Shown here: positions 26,305 to 35,331 of the stretch, piece after piece
Position numbering within the stretch: the stretch's first letter is position 1
Layout: each line of letters begins with the position of its first letter
NCBI GenBank assembly: GCA_965112635.1
Contig: OZ218778.1
Span: 1,504,001 to 1,568,000 of the forward strand
Origin: an uncultured bacterium
GTDB taxonomy: Bacteria > Oederibacteriota > Oederibacteriia > Oederibacteriales > Oederibacteriaceae
Length of the DNA: 64,000 nucleotides
Direction: 5' to 3'
The notes under the pieces: model-generated
The model's database searches: none
Seen by the model: the letters and a program-made list of their open reading frames with translations, nothing else
What the model was told of the DNA's origin: nothing
Program-made: the position numbers and the translations under genes

Positions 26305-27318
26305 ATGACCTGGTTACAGGAGTTCGTTCAAAAGAACAAAAGACCTTTGCAGTGGCTGGGCCTGGTCTTGGTCCTGGCTTTGCCCTGGCTGATGCCAAAC
26401 CCCTATTATCTGCATATCAGCACCCTGGCCATCCTCTACTGCATCCTGGCCCTGGGACTGAATCTGATCGTGGGCTGCGCCGGTTTGCTGAACCTGGGGT
26501 ACGCCGCTTTTTACGGCATCGGCGCTTACACGACCGCGTTGCTTTCCGTTAACTTTGGTTTCAATTTTTGGCTCTGTTTGGTCTGTTCGATCCTTGTCGC
26601 GGTAGGAGCGGGGGTGGTGTTGGGAACCCCGGCTTTGAGGCTGCGCGGGGATTACCTGGCCATTGTCACGCTGGGGTTCGGAGAGATATTTCGTCTTGTG
26701 GCCAGGAACTGGGACAGCCTGACCAATGGTCCGCGGGGCATCAGTGGGATACCAGCGCCGAAGATCTTCGGGTTTGTTTTTGTCCAACCCGTCCATTTTT
26801 ATTATTTGGCCCTGGGGATAGGGCTCTTTGCCCTGGTGTTCCAAAGCCGTTTGAATAATTCCAAGGTCGGCCGGGCATTGGTCGCCATCCGAGAGGACGA
26901 GATCGCCGCCGAATCCCTGGGGATCAACACGACGGCTTACAAGCTGCTGGCGTTCGCCCTGAGCTCGGCTTTTGCCGGGATAGCCGGATGTTTTTTTGCC
27001 TCCTGGCAGGGGTTCGTCAGCCCGGAGAGTTTCACTTTTATGGAATCGGTCATCATCCTGAGCATGGTCGTGTTAGGCGGTATGGGAAGTCTGGTCGGGG
27101 TGATTTTTGGGGCTGTCATCCTGGTCGTGCTGCCCGAAATGCTGCGGCAGTTCGCCGAGATGCGTATCCTGTTCCTGGGCCTGGCTATGGTCATCATCAT
27201 GATCTTCCGGCCCCAGGGATTGTTGGGCAACTGGCGCCGGGCCAGGGAGCTCAAGCCCGCCACGGAAAGGATCCAAACAGAGGAAGACGAGACTTTATCA
27301 GAGGTCAGGGATGAATAG
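26305..27318 (+). CDS. livM: BCAA ABC transporter permease
   Basis: LRLRGDYLAIVTLGFGEI, AIREDE.AA, VVLGGMGS. Confidence 0.93.
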   Translation: MTWLQEFVQKNKRPLQWLGLVLVLALPWLMPNPYYLHISTLAILYCILALGLNLIVGCAGLLNLGYAAFYGIGAYTTALLSVNFGFNFWLCLVCSILVAVGAGVVLGTPALRLRGDYLAIVTLGFGEIFRLVARNWDSLTNGPRGISGIPAPKIFGFVFVQPVHFYYLALGIGLFALVFQSRLNNSKVGRALVAIREDEIAAESLGINTTAYKLLAFALSSAFAGIAGCFFASWQGFVSPESFTFMESVIILSMVVLGGMGSLVGVIFGAVILVVLPEMLRQFAEMRILFLGLAMVIIMIFRPQGLLGNWRRARELKPATERIQTEEDETLSEVRDE

Positions 27319-27496
27319 ATATTCCCGTTATTTTTGGAGGCGAAAGTTGTCCCAAAGGGGACAGGCTACGGTAGAATATATTCTCTTGACAGCTTTGGTC
27401 GTCGTGATAGGTTTGGTAGTCAGTGGGCTGTTCAATCACGCTTTGGAAAGCAATTTGGAAACCATTGTCAGTAATATATCATGGCCTTGGCCATAA
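27311..27496 (+). CDS. Flp/type IVb pilin-like protein
   Basis: Basic leader, then RG|QATVEY + hydrophobic helix (class III signal). Confidence 0.75.
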   Translation: MNRYSRYFWRRKLSQRGQATVEYILLTALVVVIGLVVSGLFNHALESNLETIVSNISWPWP

Positions 27497-27511
27497 GAAA
27501 GAGGAGGGATT

Positions 27512-27715
27512 ATGAAGAGCATCAGAAATGAAAAAGGGCAAGGAACGGTGGAGTATATTTTGATCGCGGCGCTGGTCGTGATCCTGGCCATCGGGGCGTT
27601 TAAAATTTTCGGCCCGGCGATCAAAAGTTCCGCCACCAACACCGCCAATACCATTCAAGGCCAAGGGAATGCAGCGGGCCAAGGGGCCAATACGGATGTC
27701 ATGAACGGCCGATGA
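27512..27715 (+). CDS. Flp/type IVb pilin-like protein
   Basis: KG|QGTVEY + hydrophobic helix; RBS GAGGAGG. Confidence 0.8.
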   Translation: MKSIRNEKGQGTVEYILIAALVVILAIGAFKIFGPAIKSSATNTANTIQGQGNAAGQGANTDVMNGR

Positions 27716-27939
27716 TCATTGTCAAGCTGCTCAACGGCCAGGATATGGCTCTCAATGCAGAGCTGATCGAACGCATATCAGAGAACCCTGATACCGTGAT
27801 TTCGCTGACCACGGGTAACAGGATCCTGGTCAAGGATTCCATGAAAGAAGTGATGGATAAGATCACGGCTTACCGCCGCCTTGTGGCCAGCGGTAAGGGT
27901 AAAAAGAAAAAAGGAATAAAGCTCAGCCGCAAAGGTTGA
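27712..27939 (+). CDS. flbD: Flagellar FlbD (SwrD) family protein
   Basis: MI.V..LNG....LNAELIE.I...PDTVI.LTTG....VK.S..EV...I..Y.R. Confidence 0.85.
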   Translation: MIIVKLLNGQDMALNAELIERISENPDTVISLTTGNRILVKDSMKEVMDKITAYRRLVASGKGKKKKGIKLSRKG

Positions 27940-27976
27940 TTTAAGGATAGGTTTTTATCATAATATCTCCTCCAGT

Positions 27977-28053
27977 GGCGCCATCGTCTAATTGGTTAGG
28001 ACACTGCCCTCTCAAGGCGGAGCTTACGGGTTCGATCCCCGTTGGCGCTACCA
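27977..28053 (+). tRNA. tRNA-Glu(CTC)
   Basis: Acceptor GGCGCCA/TGGCGCT, anticodon arm CTGCC-ctCTCaa-GGCGG, T-loop GGTTCGATCCC, encoded CCA. Confidence 0.95.
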
Positions 28054-28214
28054 TCAACTTTTTCGCTTCGCGAAATACACTAATGAAAACGAGGCAAGCC
28101 CCGGCATCAAAAATGCTTTTTGATGCAAGTATCTGGGGAAGAGAACGCATTTTTTAAAAAGTCCCAGATACTTGTGGCGCTACCATCAAACTTTTTGCTT
28201 CGCGAAATACACTA
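28043..28214 (+). repeat. 40-bp direct repeat starting with the tRNA-Glu 3' end
   Basis: TGGCGCTACCATCAACTTTTTCGCTTCGCGAAATACACTA (28043-82) vs TGGCGCTACCATCAAACTTTTTGCTTCGCGAAATACACTA (28175-214). Confidence 0.9.
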
Positions 28215-28336
28215 TGTTTGCAGAAAACAATCGGTTCTTCTGATATTTGGCGGATTTTTGCAGATGGAGTCTGATTGTTTCAAGGAGTATAATTAATCTA
28301 ATTCCAAGTTTCTAACTAGCATTACAAAGGCAAACC

Positions 28337-29506
28337 ATGGCTGATATCAACGATAAAGAAATCGGCGTTGAGGAACTTGTCGGGGTTCTAATAAGCACCC
28401 GTCCTAATTCTATTGAAAATCTAAAAACCTCCCAGTCGTATGTCCAGAAAATGCTCAAAACAAAAAATGACGCTATATTTGCTGAGGCCATTTATAGTCT
28501 AACCCATATGGCCTTTACACCCGAGGAATCCAAGCGCATCTGGGCCGACACCATCCAGCACAAAAATAAATTGAGCAAGGCTTTAGGTCGGGACGCAGGC
28601 ATCAGGGTCGCTTTGATGGATTTTTTGTCGAACATTGAAAAAAGGATCCTTGCCCCCAAGGTGATCTCCAATGAAACTTTTGAAAACCTTGCTGATTCTG
28701 CGAACAAGGACGAGCTCACAGGTTTACATAATTTCCGTTATTATAAACAAAGGCTTCATCAGGAATTTTCAAGAGCGGTCCGATACGGGTCTGCTTTATC
28801 CTTGATCCTTTTTGACCTCGATGATTTCAAAGTATTTAATGACCTTTATGGGCATGATGCTGGAAATGAGGCCCTAAAAAAAGTTGGGAAGGTTTTAAAA
28901 CAAAACGTCAGGATCGCTGACTTTGCCGTACGCTATGGCGGGGAAGAGTTCGTTATTGTACTGGTAGAAACCAATAAAAAAGGCGCCTCCGTGGTTGCCG
29001 AGAGGGTCCGCAGGGATGTGGAGGAGCTTCATTTAAAGAAGAATTTGACCATTAGCGGCGGTATAGCCTCTTTCCCTGTTGATACTGACGAGGAAGAAGA
29101 GATGTTCAGGCTGGCCGATAGGGCTTTGTATCGCGCCAAGTCCGAGGGGAAGAACCGCGTTTATCTTTTCCATGAAGAAAGGCGCAGGTTCCTCAGGCTG
29201 GATTGCTCCGTCAAAGTATTGATCAAAAGGATCACCCCCACCGGAGCCGCCCTGAAAAAGCTCATGACCACCAGCTTGAGCAGCGGCGGGATCGCTTTTA
29301 AATCCCAGAAATCCATCGGTATCACCTCTTTGGTGAGGGGGGCGATCATCTTGCCCAATGTGAAAAAGCACATTTCTTTTAGCGGCAAGACGGTCCGTGT
29401 CGAGGAGATAAAAAAGAATGGCTTTGAGGTTGGGATCGAATTCCTCCAAATAAAAAGAAGGAATCAGCAGCTCATTGAAGAATATGTAAGAAAACGCAGG
29501 GGCTAA
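28337..29506 (+). CDS. Diguanylate cyclase (GGDEF) with C-terminal PilZ domain
   Basis: DELTGLHN, DLDDFK.FND.YGH..G, RIAD I-site, RYGGEEF; RRRFLR and SLSSGG PilZ motifs. Confidence 0.9.
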   Translation: MADINDKEIGVEELVGVLISTRPNSIENLKTSQSYVQKMLKTKNDAIFAEAIYSLTHMAFTPEESKRIWADTIQHKNKLSKALGRDAGIRVALMDFLSNIEKRILAPKVISNETFENLADSANKDELTGLHNFRYYKQRLHQEFSRAVRYGSALSLILFDLDDFKVFNDLYGHDAGNEALKKVGKVLKQNVRIADFAVRYGGEEFVIVLVETNKKGASVVAERVRRDVEELHLKKNLTISGGIASFPVDTDEEEEMFRLADRALYRAKSEGKNRVYLFHEERRRFLRLDCSVKVLIKRITPTGAALKKLMTTSLSSGGIAFKSQKSIGITSLVRGAIILPNVKKHISFSGKTVRVEEIKKNGFEVGIEFLQIKRRNQQLIEEYVRKRRG

Positions 29507-29593
29507 AAACCCGCTGTATTTTTCACCTCTTGGGTTAAAACAGGCAACATTTCCGCGTATTTCTGTCTTAATTTCTTGCCTTGAAACGAAGGG

Positions 29594-29627
29594 TTGACTT
29601 TAATTAATTGCCTAGTAAAATAGTCAA
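29594..29627 (+). promoter_or_regulatory. Putative sigma70 promoter framed by a TTGACT/AGTCAA inverted repeat
   Basis: TTGACT (29594-99), 16 bp, TAAAAT (29616-21), followed by AGTCAA (29622-27). Confidence 0.4.
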
Positions 29628-29686
29628 ATATTTAATAATTCATAAAATGCTTGGGTTTGTTTGAATTTTATTTCGAAAGGTTAAAG

Positions 29687-31003
29687 TTGAATCACAAAAA
29701 GTATTTGGTCGTATTTTTCCTAATTATAGTGGTTTCTTCCGTGTTTTCCGTTGTATCCCTTTACGCTGACGAGCCGGTCACTATCCGTATGGCAATCTGG
29801 ACCAACGATGAGGACATGAAAATCGTCAAGCTCATCAACGAGCAGTTCGACAAAGACAACCCTAATATCAAGTTAAAAATGGTTTATCTTCCTGATAACG
29901 CCTCCCAATTCAACCAGAAAATGATGACCATGGCCGTGGGAAATACCCTGCCGGACGTTTTCAATATGTTCCAAAGCTATTATCTTAGTTTCGCTACCAA
30001 GAACGTGCTTCTGGATCTAAGAGACCTGGTCCAGCAGGACCCTGATTGGCCTCAAATGCAAAAACTCTGGTTTCCGGGCGCCTTAAATTTGTGCTATTTT
30101 AACGGCGGTTTATACGCATTCCCGAGGGATATAGGCTGTTGGTTCATCGCTTATAACAAGGATATGTTCGACGCCGCAGGGGTCCCTTATCCCACGGAAG
30201 ACTGGACCTGGGATGATTATTTCAGGATTTCCCAAAAGTTAACCAAAAAAGACGCCAATGGGAATGTCACTCAGTTCGGCACCTGCGATTTAAGTTTTGG
30301 CGATGTTGCTTTTTCTGACGGGGTAGAGCTTGTGGACCCGGTCACCCATGCCGTGAATCTTACCAATCCCGCTATGTGCGAGGCCATGCAGTGGTGCGCT
30401 GACCTGGAAATGAAATACAACGTGGCTCCAGGAAACTATGCGGCCTCCGACCAAATGTCGGCCATCGGTGGCGATCCGTTTCTGGGGAAAAGGGTAGCCA
30501 TGGATTTGTTTGGTCAATGGCTTTTTGGTATTTACAAAAAAATATGTGATTTTAACTGGGACATTACGACCTTACCTCAAGGAAAGGCCGGTCATCGTTG
30601 CCAGTTTATGTTCCAGCCTATCTGCATCTCCAAAACCACAACCCACCCCAAAGAAGCTTATCAAGTCATCAAATATTTCTGTTTTAATAAAAAACTAATG
30701 GAGTTGACAGCCGCCTATGGATTCAACGTACCTGTGCGCATGGATGTCGCGCACAGCAAATATTTTATGCAGCTTCCCGTGAATCCCAAACACATTGATT
30801 TGTTCATCAAGTCCCTTGAGAAATATGCCGTGCCACCTTTTAGGTTTATCAATGAAAAAGAGCTAATGGATTTGGTCAACCAGAAAGTAGCCCTTTTACA
30901 TAATGAAGAATCTTACTCGAAATACAATGCCTGCGACCTTATGGCATCCATTGTTCCAAAGTTTACCCGTAAATTAGAGAAAACTTTAAGACGATTAAAG
31001 TAG
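29687..31003 (+). CDS. Sugar ABC transporter substrate-binding protein (CUT1)
   Basis: Signal peptide, NPNIK, PDVF, YNKDMFDAAGV.YP..DWTWDD; probable TTG start at 29687 (ORF is open from 29651). Confidence 0.9.
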   Translation: MNHKKYLVVFFLIIVVSSVFSVVSLYADEPVTIRMAIWTNDEDMKIVKLINEQFDKDNPNIKLKMVYLPDNASQFNQKMMTMAVGNTLPDVFNMFQSYYLSFATKNVLLDLRDLVQQDPDWPQMQKLWFPGALNLCYFNGGLYAFPRDIGCWFIAYNKDMFDAAGVPYPTEDWTWDDYFRISQKLTKKDANGNVTQFGTCDLSFGDVAFSDGVELVDPVTHAVNLTNPAMCEAMQWCADLEMKYNVAPGNYAASDQMSAIGGDPFLGKRVAMDLFGQWLFGIYKKICDFNWDITTLPQGKAGHRCQFMFQPICISKTTTHPKEAYQVIKYFCFNKKLMELTAAYGFNVPVRMDVAHSKYFMQLPVNPKHIDLFIKSLEKYAVPPFRFINEKELMDLVNQKVALLHNEESYSKYNACDLMASIVPKFTRKLEKTLRRLK

Positions 31004-31012
31004 GGAGAACCT

Positions 31013-31915
31013 ATGTTTGGGATTAAAAAATTTAAAATTACAAGAACTATGCATGATACCATTGCTTTTTATTCGTTTATTAGCCCGTGGTTGCTGGGAT
31101 TTCTGATCTTCACTTTAGGCCCCATGCTTATTTCCTTTTATATGAGTTTCACGGACTGGGATGTATTTACCAGCCCTAAATGGATCGGTTTAGCAAACTA
31201 TCGCGACATCTTTCTTGATGATGATATCTTTTGGAAAGCCTTGTGGAACACTTTTTTCATGGGAGTTTTTGGTTTACCTCTTTCCATCATCCTGGGTTTT
31301 GCCGTGGCTTACCTCCTTTACCAAAAAGTAAGGGGGCTTTATACATTCAGGACTTTATTTTATTTGCCTAATGTCGTCCCGGTGGTCGCCAGCGCAATGC
31401 TGTGGCTGTGGATCTTCCAACCACACGTGGGTCTGGCGAGTTCTTTTTGCCGCATGTTCCTCCATACCGAGGGTCCGGGGTGGTTCAGGTCGGCCTTATG
31501 GGCTAAGCCTACGATGATCATCATGGGCCTTTGGGGTGTGGGAGGGGGGATGATCATCTATTTGGCCGGGCTTCAAGGTATTCCCGAATATCTTTATGAG
31601 GCTGCTGATATCGATGGGGCCAATTCCTGGCAAAAGATGCTGCATGTGACCATTCCCATGATGTCGCCTGTCTTGTTTTTCAATTTGATCATGGGGGCTA
31701 TAGGAACCTTCCAAATGTTCACGGAGTCTTACATCATGACAGGAGGCGGTCCAGACAACGCCACTATGTTCTATGCTTTTTATCTCTTTAAGATAGCTTT
31801 TGAACATTTCGAGATGGGATACGCTTCGGCTTTGGCTTGGATACTTTTTGTCATGGTGTTGATCATCACCTATCTGCAGTTTGTTTTATTGGGCAAAAAA
31901 GTCCATTACGAATAA
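31013..31915 (+). CDS. Sugar ABC transporter permease
   Basis: EAA motif LYEAADIDGAN.WQ; GYASALAW. Confidence 0.93.
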   Translation: MFGIKKFKITRTMHDTIAFYSFISPWLLGFLIFTLGPMLISFYMSFTDWDVFTSPKWIGLANYRDIFLDDDIFWKALWNTFFMGVFGLPLSIILGFAVAYLLYQKVRGLYTFRTLFYLPNVVPVVASAMLWLWIFQPHVGLASSFCRMFLHTEGPGWFRSALWAKPTMIIMGLWGVGGGMIIYLAGLQGIPEYLYEAADIDGANSWQKMLHVTIPMMSPVLFFNLIMGAIGTFQMFTESYIMTGGGPDNATMFYAFYLFKIAFEHFEMGYASALAWILFVMVLIITYLQFVLLGKKVHYE

Positions 31916-31946
31916 ACATATTATTTTTTAGGGATGGGGAGAAGAA

Positions 31947-32810
31947 ATGCCGTTATCTGGAGAAAAATTCGTATTTAGAAAAAAAATGGTCAGAGCGTCT
32001 ATTTATGTGATTCTTATCCTTTGTTCGATCGGCCTTTTTATTCCATTTCTCTGGTTGATTTCAACGTCCCTTAAGTCACAGCAAGAGATCTTTGCCTATC
32101 CTCCTGTTTGGATCCCGCAAAAACTCCAATGGAGCAATTATTACGCTGCGGTGACCATGATCCCTTTCTTTCGTTATCTGTGGAATACTATTTATTTCAC
32201 TGTTTTTAGCATCTTTGGGTCAGTTTTTACCGCGGCCATTTGCGCTTATGGTTTCGCAAAGATCAAGGGGGTAGGCAGGGATTTCCTTTTTAGTTTGCTA
32301 TTGTCCACCATGATGTTGCCTGGACAGGTCACCATGCTTCCTATCTTTGTGTTGTTCCAGAAGTTGGGATGGATCAATACCTACTTACCGCTTATTGTCC
32401 CTGCTTATTTTGGCGGAGGCGCTTTTTCCATTTTCTTGCTGCGCCAATTTTTCAGGACCATACCCACGGATTTGGAAGAAGCAGCATCCATCGATGGGTG
32501 CAGCCGAATTGGAATTTTTTTCAGGATCATCCTGCCCCTGTCCCAGCCCGCTTTGCTCACCTTGGTTATTTTTGGGTTTATGGGATGCTGGAACTCCTTT
32601 ATGGGTCCTTTGATTTACCTCTCTGACATGGATAAATTCCCGCTTGCTTTGGGTCTTACCTTCTTTAGTTCCATGTATGCGACCAAGACGCCGTGGGGCC
32701 CGTTAATGGCCGCCTCATTTTTGATGATCATCCCTATGTTATTATTGTTCTTTTTCTGCCAAAGATATTTCATCGAAGGAATCGTAACGACTTCAGGATT
32801 AAAAAATTAG
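31947..32810 (+). CDS. Sugar ABC transporter permease
   Basis: LRQFF.TIP.DLEEAASIDG, WNSFMGPLIY, QRYFIEGI. Confidence 0.93.
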   Translation: MPLSGEKFVFRKKMVRASIYVILILCSIGLFIPFLWLISTSLKSQQEIFAYPPVWIPQKLQWSNYYAAVTMIPFFRYLWNTIYFTVFSIFGSVFTAAICAYGFAKIKGVGRDFLFSLLLSTMMLPGQVTMLPIFVLFQKLGWINTYLPLIVPAYFGGGAFSIFLLRQFFRTIPTDLEEAASIDGCSRIGIFFRIILPLSQPALLTLVIFGFMGCWNSFMGPLIYLSDMDKFPLALGLTFFSSMYATKTPWGPLMAASFLMIIPMLLLFFFCQRYFIEGIVTTSGLKN

Positions 32811-32836
32811 TTTCTACCCTATTTAAGGAGGTGCCG

Positions 32837-33442
32837 ATGTTGTTATTTGAAAGAAAGGCGGTCATAGTATTCATCACGCTATTGATTGGAGCTTCCTTTG
32901 TTCTCAACTCATGCGCACCTCGCAGCCGAATCAGACATGCAAAGATTGGCGATGAGTTAGAGGATGAGACGCCTGCGGCCGAACAGCCAGTGGCGCCTCC
33001 TCCAGCTGTAGAGGTGGCTGCCGTCCCAACTATTGCTCCGACCGTTGCTGCACCTCCCGCAATCGAGGTCCAGGCTCCTCCTGAGGTGGCAGTGCCAGCC
33101 ACGGCGACCCCTGTTCCGACTTCGACGCCTGTCCCGACGGCCACAGCAGTTCCTGTCAGGGTTGTTGATTCCGCAAAATCCCGCATGATCGTCAAGGGCG
33201 ACACTCTTTGGGACATTTCGGCGGAGAAGGACGTCTATGGAAACGCCTTTTTATGGCCACTTATATTCAGGAGCAACCGCAGCAGAATCCTTGATCCCGA
33301 CCTCATTTATCCGAGGCAGGAGTTGAAGCTTGCCAAGAATTATAGCGATTCAGTCATGGCCAAGGCTATGGACAATGCCAGCAAGACACCCCCTTATAAG
33401 CCTCACCGCAAGCCAAGGAGGAAATTACCAATCTCTTACTGA
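32837..33442 (+). CDS. LysM-domain lipoprotein with Pro/Ala/Thr linker
   Basis: RBS AAGGAGGT, lipobox LNSC, PTATAVP linker, VKGDTLWDIS...YG...LWP.I...N...I.DPDLIYP.Q.L. Confidence 0.85.
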   Translation: MLLFERKAVIVFITLLIGASFVLNSCAPRSRIRHAKIGDELEDETPAAEQPVAPPPAVEVAAVPTIAPTVAAPPAIEVQAPPEVAVPATATPVPTSTPVPTATAVPVRVVDSAKSRMIVKGDTLWDISAEKDVYGNAFLWPLIFRSNRSRILDPDLIYPRQELKLAKNYSDSVMAKAMDNASKTPPYKPHRKPRRKLPISY

Positions 33443-33485
33443 GGTTTTTGCGGACCTAATCAGTTGTGGCGTGGAGTTGCGTTAA

Positions 33486-34403
33486 ATGGGGAAAGGGGCT
33501 TTTTTTCGCATCATTGCGTTTCTATTAGTTGGCAGTTTTGTGGTCTCAGGTTGTGCTATAAGGCCATCCCAAAAGGACACCCTCTCAGCCCCACAATCTT
33601 CAGTGACTGAACTTAAAAACAGTGCGGCCTATGAAGAGCGAGCTTTAAATAGTCTCAGACAAGGCAACTACGCCTGGTCTATAGCCGATTATGAGAAAGC
33701 CATTGAGTTAGACCCTGAAAATGCACGCCTCTATGTCAACCTCGCCTCTCTTTATGAAAAAAAAGAAGATTATAAAAAGATGATCGAGGTGTGTCGTCAT
33801 GGGCTTGAACAAAAGCCAAGCGATCCATTTCTGGTTTTGCAGCTCGGAAATGCGTATAGCGGAGCGGGTTATTTACCCCAGGCCATCGATAGTTATAAAC
33901 AAGCCATCGCTCTGGATCCCCAAAATACCGATACCTATTATAATTTAGGTTTGGTTTATGATGACAGCTACAACTATACGGGTGCTATCCAAACCTATGA
34001 AAAATTACTCAAGATAAAACCCAACGAAACCGATGCTCTGTCCAATTTGGCGGCCCTTTATTTGGAAAAGGGGCAATACAGCAAAGCTGAAGAGATATCC
34101 CAAAGAAGTCTGAAGTCCGACCCCCACGACGCCGACGCTTATTTCAATCTTGGATTAACATATTTCAAAAGTTTGCACTATCCTGAAGCGATCGTCGCAT
34201 ACCAAAAAGCCCTTGAGATCAATCCCGCCATGGACCAGGCCTACTACAATTTAGCCTTGGCCCAAGAAAAACAGTCCGATTTCAAGGAGGCAGTCAAATC
34301 TTGGCAAGATTATCTCAAGATCACCGAGGATGAAGAAGGGGTTAAAGAGGCGGTTGCTCATATACTTCTTATCACCCACGAGCATCATCTTGAGGGGCAT
34401 TAA
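33486..34403 (+). CDS. TPR lipoprotein
   Basis: Lipobox VSGC; repeated YYNLG...AI..Y.KA...P. Confidence 0.88.
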   Translation: MGKGAFFRIIAFLLVGSFVVSGCAIRPSQKDTLSAPQSSVTELKNSAAYEERALNSLRQGNYAWSIADYEKAIELDPENARLYVNLASLYEKKEDYKKMIEVCRHGLEQKPSDPFLVLQLGNAYSGAGYLPQAIDSYKQAIALDPQNTDTYYNLGLVYDDSYNYTGAIQTYEKLLKIKPNETDALSNLAALYLEKGQYSKAEEISQRSLKSDPHDADAYFNLGLTYFKSLHYPEAIVAYQKALEINPAMDQAYYNLALAQEKQSDFKEAVKSWQDYLKITEDEEGVKEAVAHILLITHEHHLEGH

Positions 34404-34412
34404 AGGGACAGA

Positions 34413-35177
34413 ATGGGAAGAAAAGATTTTACAGGACCATGGCGGGAAGATAAAAAAAGTAATACGGTCAGGGAACTTTTCGATTCTTTGGCAGAACGCT
34501 ATGATCTATTTAATTTAGTTGCCAGTCTTTTTCAGGAGAGATATTGGCGGAAGACTTTGAACCGGTTCGTAAGACCGGATACGACAATCCTAGATCTGTG
34601 TTCCGGCACTGGCCAACAGGTTTTTTCCATGGATAGGGCAGTGGCTGGAAAGGGAACAGGGAAATGCAAGATTGTTGGCATCGATTTTTCTAGAGGTATG
34701 ATTAAAATTGCGGATCAAAGATTGCGGAAGTGTCCCCGGACCTCCAAGATAGAGTTTCGGCTTGCCAGAGCAGAGCATATCCCATTCAAGCCAAACACTT
34801 TTGATACTATAACTTCAGAATTCGCCATGAGAAGTTTATTTCCTAGCCTTAATGAGGTGCTTCAAGAGATTTACAGGGTTTTAAAGCCTGGTGGGCAGGT
34901 CCTTATCCTAGAATTGACCAGGCCACCGCATTTTATCCTGTTCGCCATTTATAGGTTGTATCTGACTCTGATTCTTCCCTTGGTTAGTTTGGCTATTTTC
35001 GGTCGCGCCAGGTCGGTCAATTTTTTACGCCAATCCATCCTGCATTTTCATTCGGCTGAGGATTTTAAGAAAAGATTACAATGGGCGGGATTGCGGAAAA
35101 TCAACGTTTTTCGCCTAAGCGGAGGAATAGCCACATTATTTATGGCGACAAAAGTGAGTTGCAGGGAAATCCGGTAA
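34413..35177 (+). CDS. UbiE/MenG-family methyltransferase
   Basis: F..LA.RYDL.N, LDLCSGTG, DFS.GM, RVLKPGG, SGGIA. Confidence 0.85.
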   Translation: MGRKDFTGPWREDKKSNTVRELFDSLAERYDLFNLVASLFQERYWRKTLNRFVRPDTTILDLCSGTGQQVFSMDRAVAGKGTGKCKIVGIDFSRGMIKIADQRLRKCPRTSKIEFRLARAEHIPFKPNTFDTITSEFAMRSLFPSLNEVLQEIYRVLKPGGQVLILELTRPPHFILFAIYRLYLTLILPLVSLAIFGRARSVNFLRQSILHFHSAEDFKKRLQWAGLRKINVFRLSGGIATLFMATKVSCREIR

Positions 35178-35226
35178 AAGCGATGAAGTAGAAAATATCC
35201 TGCTTGAACAGAATGGCTTATAATTC

Positions 35227-35255
35227 TTGCCTTTTATCCTCACCCCAAGTATATT
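35227..35255 (+). promoter_or_regulatory. Putative sigma70 promoter
   Basis: TTGCCT, 17 bp, TATATT upstream of the PilZ gene. Confidence 0.35.
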
Positions 35256-35331
35256 TTCCCAAGAGTTTTTTTTATCAGAAAAGTTTATATTGAGCTACAA
35301 TACCCAATACTTGAAATTATGAGGTGGGCCC

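Noticed and set aside
27941-28157. Short ORFs overlapping tRNA-Glu, and ORF 15884-16117 over the REP-like element
   Set aside because: Spurious translations of RNA or repeat sequence.
28043-28214. CRISPR array
   Set aside because: Only two copies, tRNA-derived, 92-bp spacer, no cas genes.
29687-32810. Sugar ABC importer lacking an ATPase gene
   Set aside because: CUT1 systems commonly share an MsmK/MalK ATPase encoded elsewhere.
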